DNA of 64,000 nt from Candidatus Iainarchaeum sp. (GTDB lineage Archaea; Micrarchaeota; Micrarchaeia; Anstonellales; Bilamarchaeaceae), in assembly GCA_028714535.1 (NCBI GenBank), contig JAQTME010000004.1, positions 7,319 to 71,318 on the forward strand, given 5' to 3'. Position 1 is the stretch's first letter. The number at the start of each line of letters is the position of its first letter. Shown here piece by piece: positions 63,801-64,000 of this stretch. Position numbers and translations under genes: made by a program. The notes below the pieces were generated by a model. That model had not been told where the DNA came from. It worked only from the letters and a program-made list of their open reading frames with translations, and ran no database searches.

Positions 63801-64000
63801 CCTCGCCTTTGTCGCGAGTTCCTGCCTGGACTCCTTCAGGAGCCTCTCGCCCGAGAGCGTCGGCGCGGTTGCCGACAGCGCCGAGATGTGCCTGTCTATG
63901 TCGGATGTGAACCCGTTCCTGAACGCGATGAATTCCCTGTCCTTGCCCATGGCCTCGTATCTCGCCCTGAGCGCATCTACGTGGTCCACGCCGGTCGCGG
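60864..64000 (-). CDS. Giant envelope protein (more than 1041 aa; N-terminus outside window) with C-terminal beta-barrel-like region ending in ...VRVNWRANFKIGAEF
   Basis: Continuous ORF to the window edge. C-terminal ~250 aa with alternating hydrophobic/aromatic strands. Terminal Phe with hydrophobic residues at -3, -5, -7, -9. Confidence 0.6.
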   Translation of the reverse strand, partial: ATGVDHVDALRARYEAMGKDREFIAFRNGFTSDIDRHISALSATAPTLSGERLLKESRQELATKARQAFGNIQLEYAYGIYGLLRQHYGRNWSGMLVGNEAEMAKVCALINELSALPAPYASMLLATIGDKLLGNYDDASIAAIASFIAGSSQMFVNGDYQNLLIEYYSTLPDRLAKLFTDITAIQAAGREQGYDVRVRTPAEDPKFAEIFLLSANIRVRVPKRVYEEWASTGILQVARGPALVEAATGAPAFLRVMGIFMGKPMVEGSVNLPLPYLNMPILLRNIGDLAPDLPPVGRWIAANVYGNTTTDHEYALNKTTGARTSDNTTTTINVASNLAREGATTNARASYSISEGMGVQTRQVGSMELQNLRTSQNYNVNTGSFDFEQAGTRLETIGSVFSAIAPKGAETFMLFRRNENAKGEVSLTAHAYQRMANGSFILSDAATLSEEQAAILYAEAFERPMQRLYGGAGVRTGDALAQMDGAVLFSGPWTSDYTAWDQFQGAGAAAQVGKWGGYADYEQTRGGRAAGAFGRFMPDKRSFWVGRLTAENVRVEADGKSRFYGEFSYLKNNDTEVRSFIGLAKNMTADDLQGAAIVNHMFGRDYMGVRYGGFGLGRLLREAETGREALEGGKIYGVSRDMLNGMVASTLIKTFTETTQSQSQVTVLSQEAQAFYDQNLGLSGTLRSVGANVQARQRLFELLTTSGAPAGSGITIDANNNVTLGTDSAQWLRTYAAQAGQAGTQAGQRSVREALVSAGVRRSITNQLGLEAGTGWDVLNDKGAAFMNFDWTPLSYDVADVGLRAYVMSRDKRTIPIIGGIAELTPLPRTKFSGEAHFPGIGEFRLRSPVLELSIGGGRIKELAEGWHAGVSVPLGSRWTLGAATSFSTDYLKDEAKRLDQQEGIAGVIFTMPYSDKAGFRLANVFASGSFIHQNQELLRAAYGEALQWDANAGLNWLTSNSSLTGQLGTQYWESAKEGMFRADYSLTAGVEYTMKAWMLSNRSMLMNPAASADFSIGTLTTETAEGKDVRVNWRANFKIGAEF

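Noticed and set aside
1-64000. CRISPR arrays, IS elements and integrase genes
   Set aside because: No regularly spaced short repeats, terminal inverted repeats with a transposase, or tyrosine/serine recombinase-like ORFs were found. Only att-like short repeats near tRNAs were seen.

Overview
High-GC (about 63-65%) archaeal chromosomal segment. The archaeal assignment rests on proteasome beta subunit, aCPSF1/FttA, PolD small subunit, aTrm56, tRNA-splicing endonuclease and class-III-signal prepilins. It is gene dense: about 60 CDS plus 5 tRNA genes. Most genes appear leaderless, with a TATA box roughly 25-35 nt upstream of the ATG. Content by position: (i) 533-9565 (-): an operon of three very large secreted or envelope proteins plus a small Ala/Gly-rich peptide ORF. 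(ii) 9951-12721: a DEAD-box helicase and an ArsR / thioredoxin-like / DUF318-type permease cassette. (iii) 13036-20853: housekeeping genes (GlmU-like, PurP, UppS, FKBP lipoprotein, Ca-type P-ATPase). (iv) 20895-31954: an archaeal Tad/Epd-like type IV pilus locus (KaiC/ArlH-like ATPase, TadG-like vWA prepilin, four minor prepilin-like proteins, assembly ATPase, two TadC/FlaJ-like platform proteins, two tandem major pilins). (v) 32020-60822: core information-processing and metabolic genes (PsmB, aCPSF1, HPRT-like, PolD DP1, RNase HII, EndA, parvulin, MgtA, FolD, HMG-CoA synthase, ThrC, ThyX-like, GGR + ferredoxin, Prs, GlmM/ManB-like, Trm56). (vi) 60864-64000 (-): the C-terminal part of another giant protein whose C-terminus looks like an outer-membrane beta-barrel signal. 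The tRNAs are unusual. Several carry one or two introns, including apparent non-canonical positions (D-loop, 9/10, T-loop 58/59). Two of them have their 5' acceptor octamer duplicated in the leader. Repeats of a tRNA 3' end bracket a lower-GC two-gene islet. Most likely novel: the giant envelope proteins with porin-like C-termini in an archaeon, and the intron-rich tRNA set with leader duplications.
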